From contig BFEA01000015.1 in assembly GCA_003427395.1 (NCBI GenBank), positions 6,633,859 to 6,697,858 of the forward strand: DNA of 64,000 nt, given 5' to 3'. The DNA comes from Chara braunii (taxonomy: Eukaryota > Plantae > Charophyceae). Made by a program: the position numbers and the translations under genes. The notes under the pieces are model-generated. The model saw nothing but the letters and a program-made list of their open reading frames with translations, had not been told where the DNA came from and did not search any database. Position 1 is the first letter of the stretch; each line of letters starts with the position of its first letter. Below are positions 12,743-25,000 of the stretch, one piece after another.

Positions 12743-15633
12743 CTACTCACTCATAGCCTTCTGGATCTGTCTATATAACTGTGCCCTACCCCCATTTGGA
12801 GCCCACTCTACCACTCGCCCCTGCCTGTCGTACATTCTCCCACCACTCTCTGTTACTCTCCTAGCCGCCTTGTTCTTAAGGAACTTCGGGCATTCAAGAG
12901 CTCTATGTACGCCGTCCTTGCAGAAGAAGCACTAATCGTCCGATCTCCCCCGACACCTCCTCCTCTTCTTCTGGGACCCAGGCAACGGCGGCGTCTCGTT
13001 AGTTTCCCTACTCATCTCATGGCTCTGGGGCATACTCCATGACTCTGCCGGCCCCGCCTCCATCATCTGGGTACTCGGCCCTGCTAGCGCCTCACCGCCC
13101 TCGGGTCGGTACGTTGGAGTGTCCAATCTCAGTGGCCTACCCTCGCGGACTCCTCCCATCGCAGTCGCCCCCTCGTCCCTATGCAGGTCAGAGGGCTGGG
13201 GAGTCACGGCAGTCGCTGGCTCGCTCATAACTTCCTGCTGCTGCTCTGAGATGTGCTCTCTTGAGTCAGCTCCAGTAGCCCAAGAGCCTAACTGCGTCCT
13301 CAGCTCCCCTATCTCTGGCACACGCTCTTGGGTCTTCTATCTCTGAGGCTCTCCTGACGGCATGTCCAACTCCATAGCGACCACTAACTCATCCAGTCGA
13401 GACGCCTCTCCCCCCATTGCCTCCGGCTCAGTGGATGCTGCTGCTCCCGTAAGGGCACCCTCCTGCACCTCCAAAAGGATCGTAGGGGACTCCTCTGTGG
13501 GGCCCCCTTCCTCCAATGGAGGTTGGGGTCCCTGCGCCGGCTCGCCCTCAGGGATCTCAATCGTCATAGGGGTGGCCTGTTGCGAGGCCAACTCCGTTGG
13601 CGTCCTGAAGCTGAACCTCTCCTCCTCGGCCTCCCGCCGTGCTGCCGCCTCTATTGGGTCCAAAAATATCTTCCCCATACCTCCTTGCTGAGGTGGCTCT
13701 GTCGTCCTTTCCCAGCCAAAGAGCCCCTGTACCTCCTCCCCCTGGATACCATACCGGCTTTGCTCCATCCAGTCGACCACCTTAGTGGCCGAGAGCCTCT
13801 CCACCATCGCCGCCATGTCCCGGAGCCTCTTCTCCCATTCCGCTTCCTTAACTTCCATACGGGACCTCCATGCTTGATTTTCTGCCCTCTCTTCTGCCAG
13901 TTGGGTGGACAACTGTCCCACCTCTAACCTCGAGGCCGCCAACTCATCGCTGAGCATGGAGTACCGTTGGAAGGACGAGACCGCCACCTCACCTATCCTC
14001 CTATCTGTACGCTCAATCTCCATCCTGGCGGCTGAAAAATCCCCAAGTCCTCTATCTCTCGTGCCTCGTCCAATCTTGCACTTCCCTGTCCTACCTCTCG
14101 CGACCTCAGGCGAGCCGCATCCCTCTCGCTCTCATAGCTGGCCCAAGCCTCACTAATCCTCTGCTCGCTCGTCGGAGGGTCAATTGGCGGCTTTGGCGCT
14201 TCTCCTGCGACCTCCATCCTAAGCTTTTCGTGGTATAGCTCTTCGAGGCGTACCTGCACCCTCGCGCGTTTCTCTTCTTTCGTCTCCCCCGGCAGCCTCC
14301 CTGTCCTCGCCTCGTGACCCTCTCGCAGTGGATCTCTCGCACTTGTCCCCTCTTCTACGGGTGGCGTCCCTGGCGGAGGCTCCCCGGATGTCGGCACCTC
14401 CACATCCATGCATGCACATGTAGACTCAGTTAGTTGCGGCGCCACAGTAGTAGGTGTCCTCGCCCTCTCGCCCCCATCTGGCTCCGCCTGTGTCGGGGGT
14501 GGCGTAGTAGCTTCCGGTGGGGGCCCCAACATCTCCTCGCTGTCCGGTTCATGAATTCCTTCAAGCCAATACTGCCGCGCCTGTTCTGGCATCGGGGTAG
14601 GAGGAGGGGTATCATCCCCAATAGTGATAAACCCCTCAGTCTGCGGCTCCTCGGGTTCGCGAGACCCCGTCTCAGGCCCCGACTCAGGTGGCTCCTCCTC
14701 TGGCTCATCCTCTACTGGCTCATACCGTGCCGGTCTGCTCTGGTCCGCCCCCAGCTGTGACGCCCCCCACTGGGACGCATCGAGATGAGCCTCCAACCTG
14801 TCGAGTTGCGTCCTCAACGGCACCGCTTCTCCCCCCTCTGGTAACGTCGGCGACGGGCCCCGTAGATCACTGCCCATGATTCGGCGAAACTCCACCTGCT
14901 CGAGTCCATAGGTAGCGGGTAGCTCCGCCGCCTGAGCTGGCCCCGCGGCCTGAACTGGCTCCACCGCCTAGGCGGCCTCTGCAGGCCCCTCTCGCTGTGC
15001 CAAGGCCTTTCGGCCCCCTCTGGTCGTAGTGGTCCCTCTCGCCTCTGGGCCCCGTGGCCTCTTACTCCTATGTCGTCTCTCCACCCTGGGCTCTGGTCTC
15101 TCGGGCTCCAGTCGTCGAAACGCCTGTCTGAACTGGGCCTGGCAGTCCTCCCAGTCGTGTGCTCTGTCCCGGACCTGCCTCGCCAACGACCTCTCCGCCC
15201 TCCGTGTCCAGAGGGGCAGCATCTGCATCCACTCCTCCTGCCCAGTCCCCTGGTCGCGCATATACTGCTCATAGGCCGGGATGAACTCCTCCGCATTGCC
15301 TTCCTCCAATCGAATAGGCAATCCATCCGGTCCCATCGGCGAAGCCCTCAGCATCTGCATCCTCGCCTCCACATTCTGCCATGTCAACGCCTCCTCTCGA
15401 ATGTGCGCAATAGGTTCCTCGAAGCGCCCAACTCCCCTCAGGTGTCGTATCCTTTCCAATGTAGACCAGCTCTCCCATGTCGCATGTGCCTGGTAGGAGT
15501 CCAGAAAAAGCTTTATGTTACCGTCGTCGAAGATAGGTGTAGACTCCCTCCCAACCGATCTGCGCGAGTCATCCCCTCTTGATGCTCCCTGAGGCCTCTA
15601 TCGTGGCAGCGCACCCCTCCCGCCCCTCTTCAT
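12743..15633 (-). pseudogene. Extra ORF downstream of integrase: second Gag-like protein (~960 codons; four in-frame TAG stops and one frameshift near 14040)
   Basis: ATG at 15633 (MKRGGRGALPR). Capsid-like PIFDDGNIKLFLDSYQ...TWQNV and PIRLEEGNAEEFIPAYEQ...DWEDCQAQFRQAF. Pro/Glu-rich and coiled-coil-like middle. CFFCKDGVHRALEC (CX2CX4HX4C) at 12931-12890. Final stop at 12745-12743. Joins track ORFs 14968-15459, 13993-14964, 13337-14023 and 12932-13321. Confidence 0.8.
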
Positions 15634-15655
15634 GGCTGTCTTCGAGAAGTCAGAC

Positions 15656-15701
15656 CTGCACAACAGGCGAGAGAAAGCAAGCAGGCACACAACAAGGTTA
15701 G
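15656..15701 (-). promoter_or_regulatory. Putative 3' splice acceptor upstream of the extra ORF
   Basis: Minus strand: CTAAC branch-point motif (15701-15697), pyrimidine-rich tgcctgcttgctttctctcgcctgttg, then TGCAG|G (AG at 15657-15656). The ATG is 22 nt downstream. Confidence 0.6.
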
Positions 15702-16903
15702 CCCTCGGTCCCTGATACCCAATCCCGCCAGCCTGTCCCGTCCAGCTCCTCGATCTGATAGGCCCTAAATTCGCCGCATTGCAATATTCTATAGGGCCCC
15801 AACCATCTCTTGTCAAGCTTCCTCGACCATTGCTTTTCCAAAGAGGAGTCGTATAATAATACGACATCCCCTACTGCCAATGACTCCTTTCTTACTCGTG
15901 TCATCTGGTCCCACCTCATCTTATCTTCCATGCGACTTCTTTCCACCTGACCAGCGGCCTCTCGCAATCTTTCTTCGGCCGCCCCCACTTGTCGCGCCCG
16001 AATATCGAGCAGTTCTTCGAACAACAGGTTTACCTCCAAGTCCTGGCGCCTCCATGTCTTCATAAAGCTTTCTATGGGAAATGTGGCATGCCTCCCGTAC
16101 CATAGTGTGGCTGGCGCGTACTTGGTAGTCCTCTTTACAGTAACATTCTCCACGAAGAAAGCTGCCCGTAGGAACTTCGGCCACTGACCAGGTTTGCCCT
16201 TTGTCCACTTAGCCAGGAGATTCGTGATGGTACTGTGCCCCCTCTCCACAGGAGCGTTCGCTTGAGGGTGTGCAGCCGTAGTATAGTTGGCCACTACGCC
16301 ATACCCTGCAAGCAACGTCCTCACCTCATTGCAGGTAAACTATGATCCTCGATCCATCACGAACTCCCTGACAAAAGGGTATCGCACGTAATACTCCTCG
16401 ATGCAGTTCGCCAAAACCGGGTCAGTCTTCGTCCGGATAGCTCGTCCGTCCACAAACCCAGTAAGGTTATCCCGTGCATCAAAGATGTAGTTACACCCAT
16501 TCTCCCCTGCTGGCATGAATAACAGGTCCAGGTGCACGACCACACCCACTTCCCTTTCTAACCTTGGGTGTAAAGGTTCTCCAGGCCTTTGCGCCGACCT
16601 CTCTTGGCAAGGTATACAGGACCGGCAGTATTTGATAACCATCGTCAGCATCCCGTCCCAATGGTAGAGCTCGCTTATCTTCGCGCATGTGGCACGTACT
16701 TCTCTGTGCCCCCTTGCTATACCATCGTGTAGGGCCGCTATGATATCAATTTGCCGGTTTCTCCCACATACGATCCTCTTGGGGTTCCCGACCTGCCGCT
16801 TTATAAACAAGTGACCGTCTCTTACCACATAGAGGTGCCTCATCTTCTGTGCCTTGGCACTTGCATCTCTATCCCTCATCTCACATGATAGGAGCAACCC
16901 CAA
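15698..16903 (-). pseudogene. Integrase domain of pol (interrupted by TAG at 16342-16340)
   Basis: HHCC zinc finger (LHDGIARGH...CRSCIPCQ), DDE residues in VHLDLL, MDRGS and NAPVERGH, and a GPY/F motif (RWLGPYRI). No chromodomain visible. Confidence 0.93.
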
Positions 16904-16982
16904 TTCCCGGTAGATCCCATCGTACTCCTCCGCCTGAAACGCCTCCTTGATTTCTCCTTCCTTGAATTCGTCGTCTCGGCTT

Positions 16983-18660
16983 TCAGGAACCAGAATCTCT
17001 GAACGAGCTCTTCCGGTCGAAGTCTCCCTGTAGGAGCGTATTGGTGAGCAGGTACATCCCTCTCATTAGCTGCTCATGCTCCTCTACCTGCGTGGGGTCT
17101 TCCTCTATTGTCCTCACTTCCTCCACCAGACTGTGCGTACCTGCCAACGCCAACTTCATCATCCAACCAACATCCTTACTTCCCCACGGATCCTCCTCAT
17201 GAAAGGGCTTGAGGACTAACTCTTCCTTCTGCTCGTACCCCTTTGGTGCCAGCCATATGGGATGACTGACGCAACTAGGCAATCGCAGGGACCATTCGTT
17301 TATGTGCAGGTGGACGTCCTCCTCTTGATCGAAAAACCCATCAACTGGCGGCGTGTCTTCTATCGATTCCTCGTCCGATCCGTCCCAGTTGATGCGGCTT
17401 AACCCATCTGCCCTGTTCTTGTTCCCTGGGATCCTTTCCAGCTCGAAATTAAACATCCAAATGTAGGTCAACCATCTTGCGACGGTTGGATCAGATAGAG
17501 TATAATTCTTCAGGGAACATGCCAGTGCAGTAGGGTCCACCCTCAAGATGAGCCTCCTGCCAAAAACATAGTTCTGGAAGGTCCTTAGGCAATGAAGTAC
17601 CGCCAGCGTCTCCTTCTTGAACTGAGAGTAGTTCCTCTTAGTTGTATTGAGGGTACGACTTTCGAATCTTAGCGGCCTCTCCTTCCCCTCTGTATCTGCC
17701 TGAATCAGGACCCCTCCCAGGGCAGTTGGCCCAGCGTCCGTCTCAATGACGAATGGTCTTTCCTCCGTGGCCTCATAGTTTGGCGCTCCCAATACCAAGC
17801 CTCCTTCCTTAAACTCTCCCTTTATCCTACCGACCGCCTCTTCCTGGTCTTCGCCCCAGACCCATTCTTGATCTTGGCGCACCAACTTCCTTAAATGCTC
17901 CGTCTTCGTGGCAAAGTCCTTCACGAAGCTCCTCCAAAATCCGCACGTCCCAAGGAAACTCCTCACATCTGCTATCGAGCGGAAGGGCACCGGCCACTCA
18001 AGAATCTTGTCTGTCTTCTTTACATCAGGTCTTCGCCCACTCTCATTACAGACAAAGCCTAGAATCGTGGCCTCCCTCATACAATGTTTCGACTTGGGGC
18101 CGCTCGCCGTCAGGTTATGTTCCCCCAATAACTCCAGAACCTGATCAATGTCTTGGACATGCTTCCAGACAAAGCGTCGCACACCGGGCATCACTTCATC
18201 TTCCTCCTTCTCCTTCGGACCTTTGACTGCCAGGTCATCGATATAGGGCTGAGTGATATGTGGGCTGACCGTCTGCATGGCTCTGATCATATACCTTTGC
18301 ACCATCGCCACTGCATTCATCCAACCTTGAGGCGCCACGTTCATATGAATCAGCCCTCTAGGAGTGTGCATTGCCGTTACGGGTCTGTCTGGCGGGTATA
18401 TGGGGAATTGGTCATACCCCGAGTAGAGGTCTATAAGCGAGATTATAGGCCTCCCTGCGCACGATTCTGACAATGCGTCCGCGTTCGGCAATCCCCCCGC
18501 GTCCTGCACTGTCACTGCATTTAGCTGTTGCAAGTCCTGCACCCACCTTAGCGTCCCATTTGGTTTAATAAAACAAAACCAAGGCGACGCGTATGGCCCA
18601 CTGGAATAATCGGCCACGTGCGTCCGCATCTTGCGGTCCAGGTAGTCCACCACCATCAGC
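16983..18660 (-). pseudogene. Reverse transcriptase and RNase H of pol; RT N-terminus apparently lost by deletion near 18660
   Basis: PYASPWFCF, LIDLYSGYDQ, PQGWMNA, YIDD (18245-18234), VRSFLGTCGF; RNase H IETDAGPTALGGVL, KETLAV and NRADGLSR. Confidence 0.95.
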
Positions 18661-19542
18661 CCTATCTTCCTCCTCGGGTACTTCCCCAAGCCATCTCCGC
18701 TTGTTCTCTGACTCCTCAAAGGTGAACGAGCCTAGATTGGGCCTATTCCTCTCGCTCCCCAGCCCCGTGTTCCGGCAGGTGATAACTTCATAATTCTCAC
18801 ACGCCGGGTCACACAGGAGCAGGATCATTGTTTCATCGTGCTTGTTGAAGATCAACATTTCCGTCCGGCACAGGAATGACTGGCCCAGAAGGATGGGGTG
18901 ATCGACATCGGGCATAACGAAAAAGCAAGTTCTGGCTCACACCTTCCCAATCTCTATAATCACATTTGACGTTGTGCCGCAAAAGGCGGCCTTGCAGTTA
19001 GCGCCGTGCAACACGCCATGGTTCGAGCGGTCGATCTCCATGCCTATCATCACTGCCTCATTTTCCCTGATGATGTTCATCTCTGCACCCTTGTCCACCA
19101 TCCCAGTACACTTCAGGTTCCTTATCACCAAATCCACCTGCCCGCACGCCACACATTTCCAATCCATCCTTGTCCCTGCCTCAGTCCACTCTACCTCTCT
19201 AGGCAGGACCGTACTCAGATGGACATTTGGCACCAACCTTCGCGACAGTCGTCCCTTCAACTCACCATGGAGGCTTGGCGCCGAAGCCAGGATGTCCTTT
19301 AGGTTCATCAAGTCATTGTGGCCTTCCAGGAGCTTGTCCACCATCCGCTCCACATCAAAGCCTTCCTCCATCCGGACCGCGTACTTCTTCCTCTTAGGCA
19401 CGCTGTCAGGCACGCTTGGCTCGGCCTCCTCCTGGGCCCCCCTCTTTTTGGCCCTCAGCTCCGCCCGCTGATCCTCCTCTTGTCGGAGCCTCTCATCCTC
19501 TTCATCGTCATCCTTTTCCTCTTCCTCCGGAACCTTCACCAC
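18660..19542 (-). pseudogene. Aspartic protease region of gag-pol; catalytic motif reads DKG rather than D[ST]G
   Basis: GMVDKGAEMNII (D codon at 19095) followed by DHPILLGQSFL, a typical retropepsin C-terminal motif. Confidence 0.85.
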
Positions 19543-19584
19543 CTCCTTCCTACGTCCAGGCTCCGGCTCCTTTCGAGGGGGTGC

Positions 19585-21593
19585 CTAACTGGGCACCTGA
19601 CTGGGCTCTTGACTATGCCCAGCCTTATTTTGGCTCCTGGTCCTAGCCGCCTGCGGCACCCTCCCATGCGACGTGGGGGGTCTATAGGTCATACATGACC
19701 TAGGGCCCGTCCCTACAGTCGCCACTCTTGGGCACCCTTGTTGTCCTGGCGAAGGCTCTGGCCCGGAGTCATAAAGGAAGACCTCAGGCAGGTTGGCCTC
19801 CCACTCTCGGGCTTCTTCACACAGGGCTTGCAGCTTCCGCTGGTATCTCCCCACCTTTTCCAGCAGATCTTCCATCCTTCCCAGGAGGAGTGTGGACGGC
19901 TCTCCTTCGCCTTTCTGCCCCTCATCGTCCAATTTGACGACTATTGGCTCCTCTCTTATAGTCCCCGCCTTTAGTCGCTGAGTGACCTCCTCGCTATCTC
20001 CCACAATCTCCTCAACTTTTATGGCCAACTCTCCTTTNTCCTGCCACATCCTNAACATGGTCGGGGTTGNCGATGGCCCTGNCGCCGCTCGCCTAAGAGC
20101 TNCTTGCCTGATTCCTCCCGGGGTCCTAGGGTCNATATGCTCTCCCCACTTATCATATATATNNCCGTCCANACAAGAGGAAATTAGACCTGCCAACTCA
20201 TCATCTCGCCGCCGTTGGCAGAACCGTATAGTGTGGCCCACCTCGCTACAATGCCAGCAGGTGGCGTTTCGCCACTCAAAGCGGGGCCTCCCATACCCTT
20301 GGCCCCCCTCTTGGCCACCTCGGCCGCCTTGGTTCTGACCCCCCTGACCATTCCAACCACCCCCGCGATCCCCACCATTTCCTCCTCGGCCTCGGCCGCC
20401 ACCCCCTCGACCCCCGTGACCTCGGCCCCTATTGCCTTGTCCGCCTTGTCCTTGGTTTCTTCCACTGGCCACGCTAACCTGCGAGGCCTGTTGGGAGGGA
20501 GGTGGTTGGGCCATAAACTGACCCTGAGCCGCAGGGTAGCTCGGGGGCCCCATACTTGCCGTTGGGCCCGCTTAAGGGACCATTTGCCCGGGCTGAGTCT
20601 GACTATCCCCGCACGAGGCGCAGTGATTACAAACTGGGCCAGTACGTAGGCTGACAATGCGGCACCCAATGCCCACAAGCCGGAGGCGGCCCCATACATG
20701 ACGGCCCGGCCGTTGCTGACGTTGTCGTGGCTGCAAGTGGCGGCGCAGCAATCGCATGCGGGACCTGTCCTTTTCCGGATCCTTGACCCCCCACTTGTAA
20801 ATTTCGCTGCTTCCTCTAGGCCTTGGTTAGAATCTGGGAGCCCGTCTCTTCTCCGCCATAGTCCTCGCGCCTAGCCTCCTCTTCCACTGCCCCCGACGCC
20901 CGGCCTTGGGCCACGGTCACTCCCCTCTTCTGCACTTCCGCCTCATTATCATACCCCAGCACTGCCAATACGTCCATGACGATCCTCTTCACCCCTGGGG
21001 TCCCGAACGCGGTGGCGTCCGTTTCCTTTCTCTTGCGTCTTTGCAGCCGCACCTGGTGCTGCTCCACCTGGTCCAGTCTCCCCTCCTCCACCCCTTTGTC
21101 GATAGTGGCCCAGGTGATTTCTCATTTCCCCCTTCGTGACCCGTCAGCTCCGAGGCCTCCGAGCCAGTAAGCAGACCCAAAAATATGGCACACTGCGTTT
21201 CTTCGGAGATCCCGTGCACCTTCCGCGCCTTCTTTTTAAACTCGTGCACAAACGCCCCAATCGTGGAGAAAATCCATCCCCCAACCTGTACTTTCTCTGC
21301 ATCATGTCCCTGAACCTCGCCCAACTACCATTGGCGGCATCCACGACCTTGCCCACTTCCTGATGGTGGCTATGAAGGACATATCTTAAGACTCGCTGAA
21401 GCTTGACCTCGTCCGACAGCCCCACCAGTGCTTGCTCCGTCAGGTCCAGCCAGTCGGACATCCGTTCTCCCTTGAAGTGGAAAGTATCAACCTTCGGAAC
21501 ATTGCTCGGCGCCCTCTCGCGCTTATCCAGGGCATCGATGAGGTCGTCGAGCGTTACAAGCTTTCTCCCACCATCCGCCATCTCCTCAGGCAT
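19585..21593 (-). pseudogene. gag (capsid plus nucleocapsid), frameshifted and stop-interrupted
   Basis: ATG at 21593. Capsid-like FHFKGERMSDWLDLTEQ...SWARFRDMMQRKY, a Gly/Arg-rich tract, and the zinc knuckle CWHCSEVGHTIRFC at 20259-20218. Confidence 0.9.
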
Positions 21594-21987
21594 TTTGATT
21601 AACTGCCTTCGGCTTCAATCCCCCTGTTATAAGAAGCGATAGGACGAAAGGTTCCACTCAGCAGTCCATTCCTTCATGATCCTACCAGACCGACCACCTA
21701 AGCACCCAACGCTTTGGACCTGGCAGACATTTCTCTCTCTACTTCCTACCTCCTTTGGGTTCACCTAAGTAAGACCCATTCTCATCACAGAATTCACTCA
21801 CATACTCGTCTCGTTCATGCCATCAACCAAACCACCAATCAGATCAACATTCATACCCACACAGCCATATAGACTACTATACAACCCATCTCATAGTTCT
21901 TCTCTTATTTGCTCACGTACCTATTTCTCTCTCATTCTCATATTACCCGGATGTCGTTCCCACAGGAACGGCGGTAGGCTTCCGTTA

Positions 21988-22005
21988 TCCCCGGCAACGG
22001 CGCCA
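21988..22005 (-). promoter_or_regulatory. Primer-binding site complementary to the 3' end of tRNA-Asp
   Basis: Minus strand TGGCGCCGTTGCCGGGGA, 2 nt inside the 5' LTR. This is the known plant tRNA-Asp PBS sequence (as in Athila-type elements). Confidence 0.92.
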
Positions 22006-22007
22006 CC

Positions 22008-25000
22008 TGTCGAGCACATCGGTCCGGCACCGCACATGGCAGCCCGGGACCCTCTCGGCCGNNNNNNNNNNNNNNNNNNNNNNNNNNNNNNNNNNNNNNN
22101 NNNNNNNNNNNNNNNNNNNNNNNNNNNNNNNNNNNNNNNNNNNNNNNNNNNNNNNNNNNNNNNNNNNNNNNNNNNNNNNNNNNNNNNNNNNNNNNNNNNN
22201 NNNNNNNNNNNNNNNNNNNNNNNNNNNNNNNNNNNNNNNNNNNNNNNNNNNNNNNNNNNNNNNNNNNNNNNNNNNNNNNNNNNNNNNNNNNNNNNNNNNN
22301 NNNNNNNNNNNNNNNNNNNNNNNNNNNNNNNNNNNNNNNNNNNNNNNNNNNNNNNNNNNNNNNNNNNNNNNNNNNNNNNNNNNNNNNNNNNNNNNNNNNN
22401 NNNNNNNNNNNNNNNNNNNNNNNNNNNNNNNNNNNNNNNNNNNNNNNNNNNNNNNNNNNNNNNNNNNNNNNNNNNNNNNNNNNNNNNNNNNNNNNNNNNN
22501 NNNNNNNNNNNNNNNNNNNNNNNNNNNNNNNNNNNNNNNNNAATACGCCTATCGGACCCGCACGCGGGCCGACATCTTGGGGGGCTGAAGTCCCAAGCGT
22601 GGCTCGACGCCGGTCGACTAGGACGCATCCCACACACCACGCGCACACCACTCTACGGACACAAAAACAAAACACGCGCGCACGCACACATTGCACAAAC
22701 AACACAACACAAACAACGCGACAACGCTTCTAGTCCCTCAGTAGCCAACCCATAACTTTCCAATGCAAAAATCGGATAGGCGTCGCGCGCGAGACTTAGT
22801 ATAAAACCGCGCGGACGCAGGGCTAACTCATATCGACTCGCAATGCAAACGTACGCAAGCAGTCGCGATGATGACGTACTATGTCGTGCCCATAATCGTG
22901 CGGCCCTCGTTAATTTCGAGGGTCGCATTCGACACTCAAGTGTCGGTTGACACACGCCTTGAGGGTTAATCTCTCGACGTTGGACAACCGCCGTGCGCGG
23001 TTGGCGACCACACCCTCTTCTGCACCTTATGCAGAAGAGTTGAGTAGACAGCTTTAAGCTGTCGTGGCGGTCGAACATCAAGGGGTTTGACTTTGACGGC
23101 CGCCACGGACTATAACGTCCAACCATGAAAACGCAAAAAGGAGACTCACTGCAACCCCCATTAGCTGATGGCTCTCTAAAATGGAAAAGTGGTGGATAAG
23201 CCTAAAGGACGCGAGCGCGGAGGAGGTCCGGTATCCTATCCATAGGCTACCTGGTGTCCGGGATAATGAGGCCCGTACACGGACCCCCATAGGCTGACCG
23301 GAGCTAGTCCTCCGTCCACGTGCCACTTCACGTTACCAAGACCCCAAGTTTGTTGGCCGTGTCGCGCTCGTGATCTCGCCGCCTGACCCATAACTGTTTT
23401 AGTGCGGGATGCGACGAGTGTCGCGCGCGAACTTAGTATAAGATCGCGAGGGCGCTGGACTTACACATACTATGTCGCTATGCAGTTCTATGTGAGTAAC
23501 CGCAATGACGGCGCGTTGTGTAGTGTCCACACCCAAATAGCCTACTCTGAGCCAAGGGGTCCCCTTTCGACGCCCAGGCGTTGGCTGAAGCGCGAGCCAA
23601 TGGGGGTAACCCTTTAGCGCGTGCAAAACCGGCCTGAGGGCCTTTTCGTCTTTTGCACCCTGAGGTGTCCCAACGGGTGCGGGGCAAGAGGGCCCCTAGG
23701 GCAGGAGGGAGTTTGGAGCGGTGGTGAGTTGTCTGGCGCATCACCAGCAACACGCTCACTCTTCCACCCGGAACTTTATCGTTCCACCAAGATGAATCGC
23801 AACAAGGAAAAGAAACAAGAATTGGCGAGGGATATCCCCCCCCCTTCTATTCACCCCAAGCTTCGACTGACCCTTAGTACGTGGGCACTTCAGGCCACGC
23901 TGGCTCCACACGTAGGTACACATGCACTGGCACGTATATATATATGCACAAGGGGAATAATTATGTGACGATCACTTCTCACAGTCATAGTGGGTCTCCT
24001 CCTAGCCATACATATATATGCGACCGCATGGCAGCCCAACCAAAGCCCCAAATCTTTGAACATACATGCAATCACATCAAAAGTCAGACAAGAGTCCACC
24101 CACTACGCGGAGTCAACTCCAACCAGTTCCCATACTCATACCCCTCGCTTTAGCCATGCAAACCCCAACCTCCAGCCAACCAACCTCAATTAAATACTCA
24201 GTACCTTTGTTAAATGGTCATTCAATAAAAGTCTGGGTGAAACCCTTAACAAACAAAAAGATCACCAGGGCTAAAGCCTTTTAGGTTGAGTATGGGGAGC
24301 GAGTAGGAATTGAGTCGTGAGTCGACGAATCGGCAACCGACCTGTTATCAGTGATAACAGATGATGATCCTTGCAGGATCAACTGAACTAGCTCAAGTCC
24401 TGAATCGAATGTCCAAGAAATAAGACATGTCAATGTCCAAGTTAAATCATCATCATACGAGGGATGACCCTCCATAGCACATTCTCACCCAAGTTACCTA
24501 CCAACTAAACCAAAATCTACCCCTAAGTCAGTGCCCAAGCAAAGGTAGACTAACGGCAGGATCTCCCCTACTCAGGGTGGATCGTCAGAATCGTCATCTG
24601 TCAGAATATAATCTAACTCCTCTAAATCAAAAAAATTTCGGCAGCGGTTCCCGTAGGAAAAGTGTCTTTTCAAAATTTATATCAGCCCGAATATGAGAGC
24701 AGAGATAGTCTTTGACTTTTCAAAGTCCAATTTTGTCTAACTCCCTGAATTAGCAAAAATTTGGGCAGCACTCCCTTTAGAAAAGGAGATTTTCCAGATT
24801 TTTACTAAGCCATACATGAACTTTAGATAGGTTAAACTTTGAAAAGTCAAGAATTGACTAACTCCCCAGATTTGTAGAAATTTCGGCAGCGCTTCTCGTA
24901 GAGAAAGTGGCTTACCAAAATTTATACAAAGCGAAGTATAACAAAAAATCCTAGAAAATGAGAGAATTGGTCTAAGTGAAAAAAACTTAGCTTAGAAAAT

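Noticed and set aside
12743-15633. env-like gene
   Set aside because: Hydrophilic throughout, with no signal peptide or transmembrane helix. It has a CCHC knuckle instead.
12932-20818. TAG-to-Gln genetic code reassignment or programmed readthrough
   Set aside because: The 578-codon RT/RH frame has many Gln and no TAA or TAG, and frameshifts also occur. Ordinary decay explains the stops.
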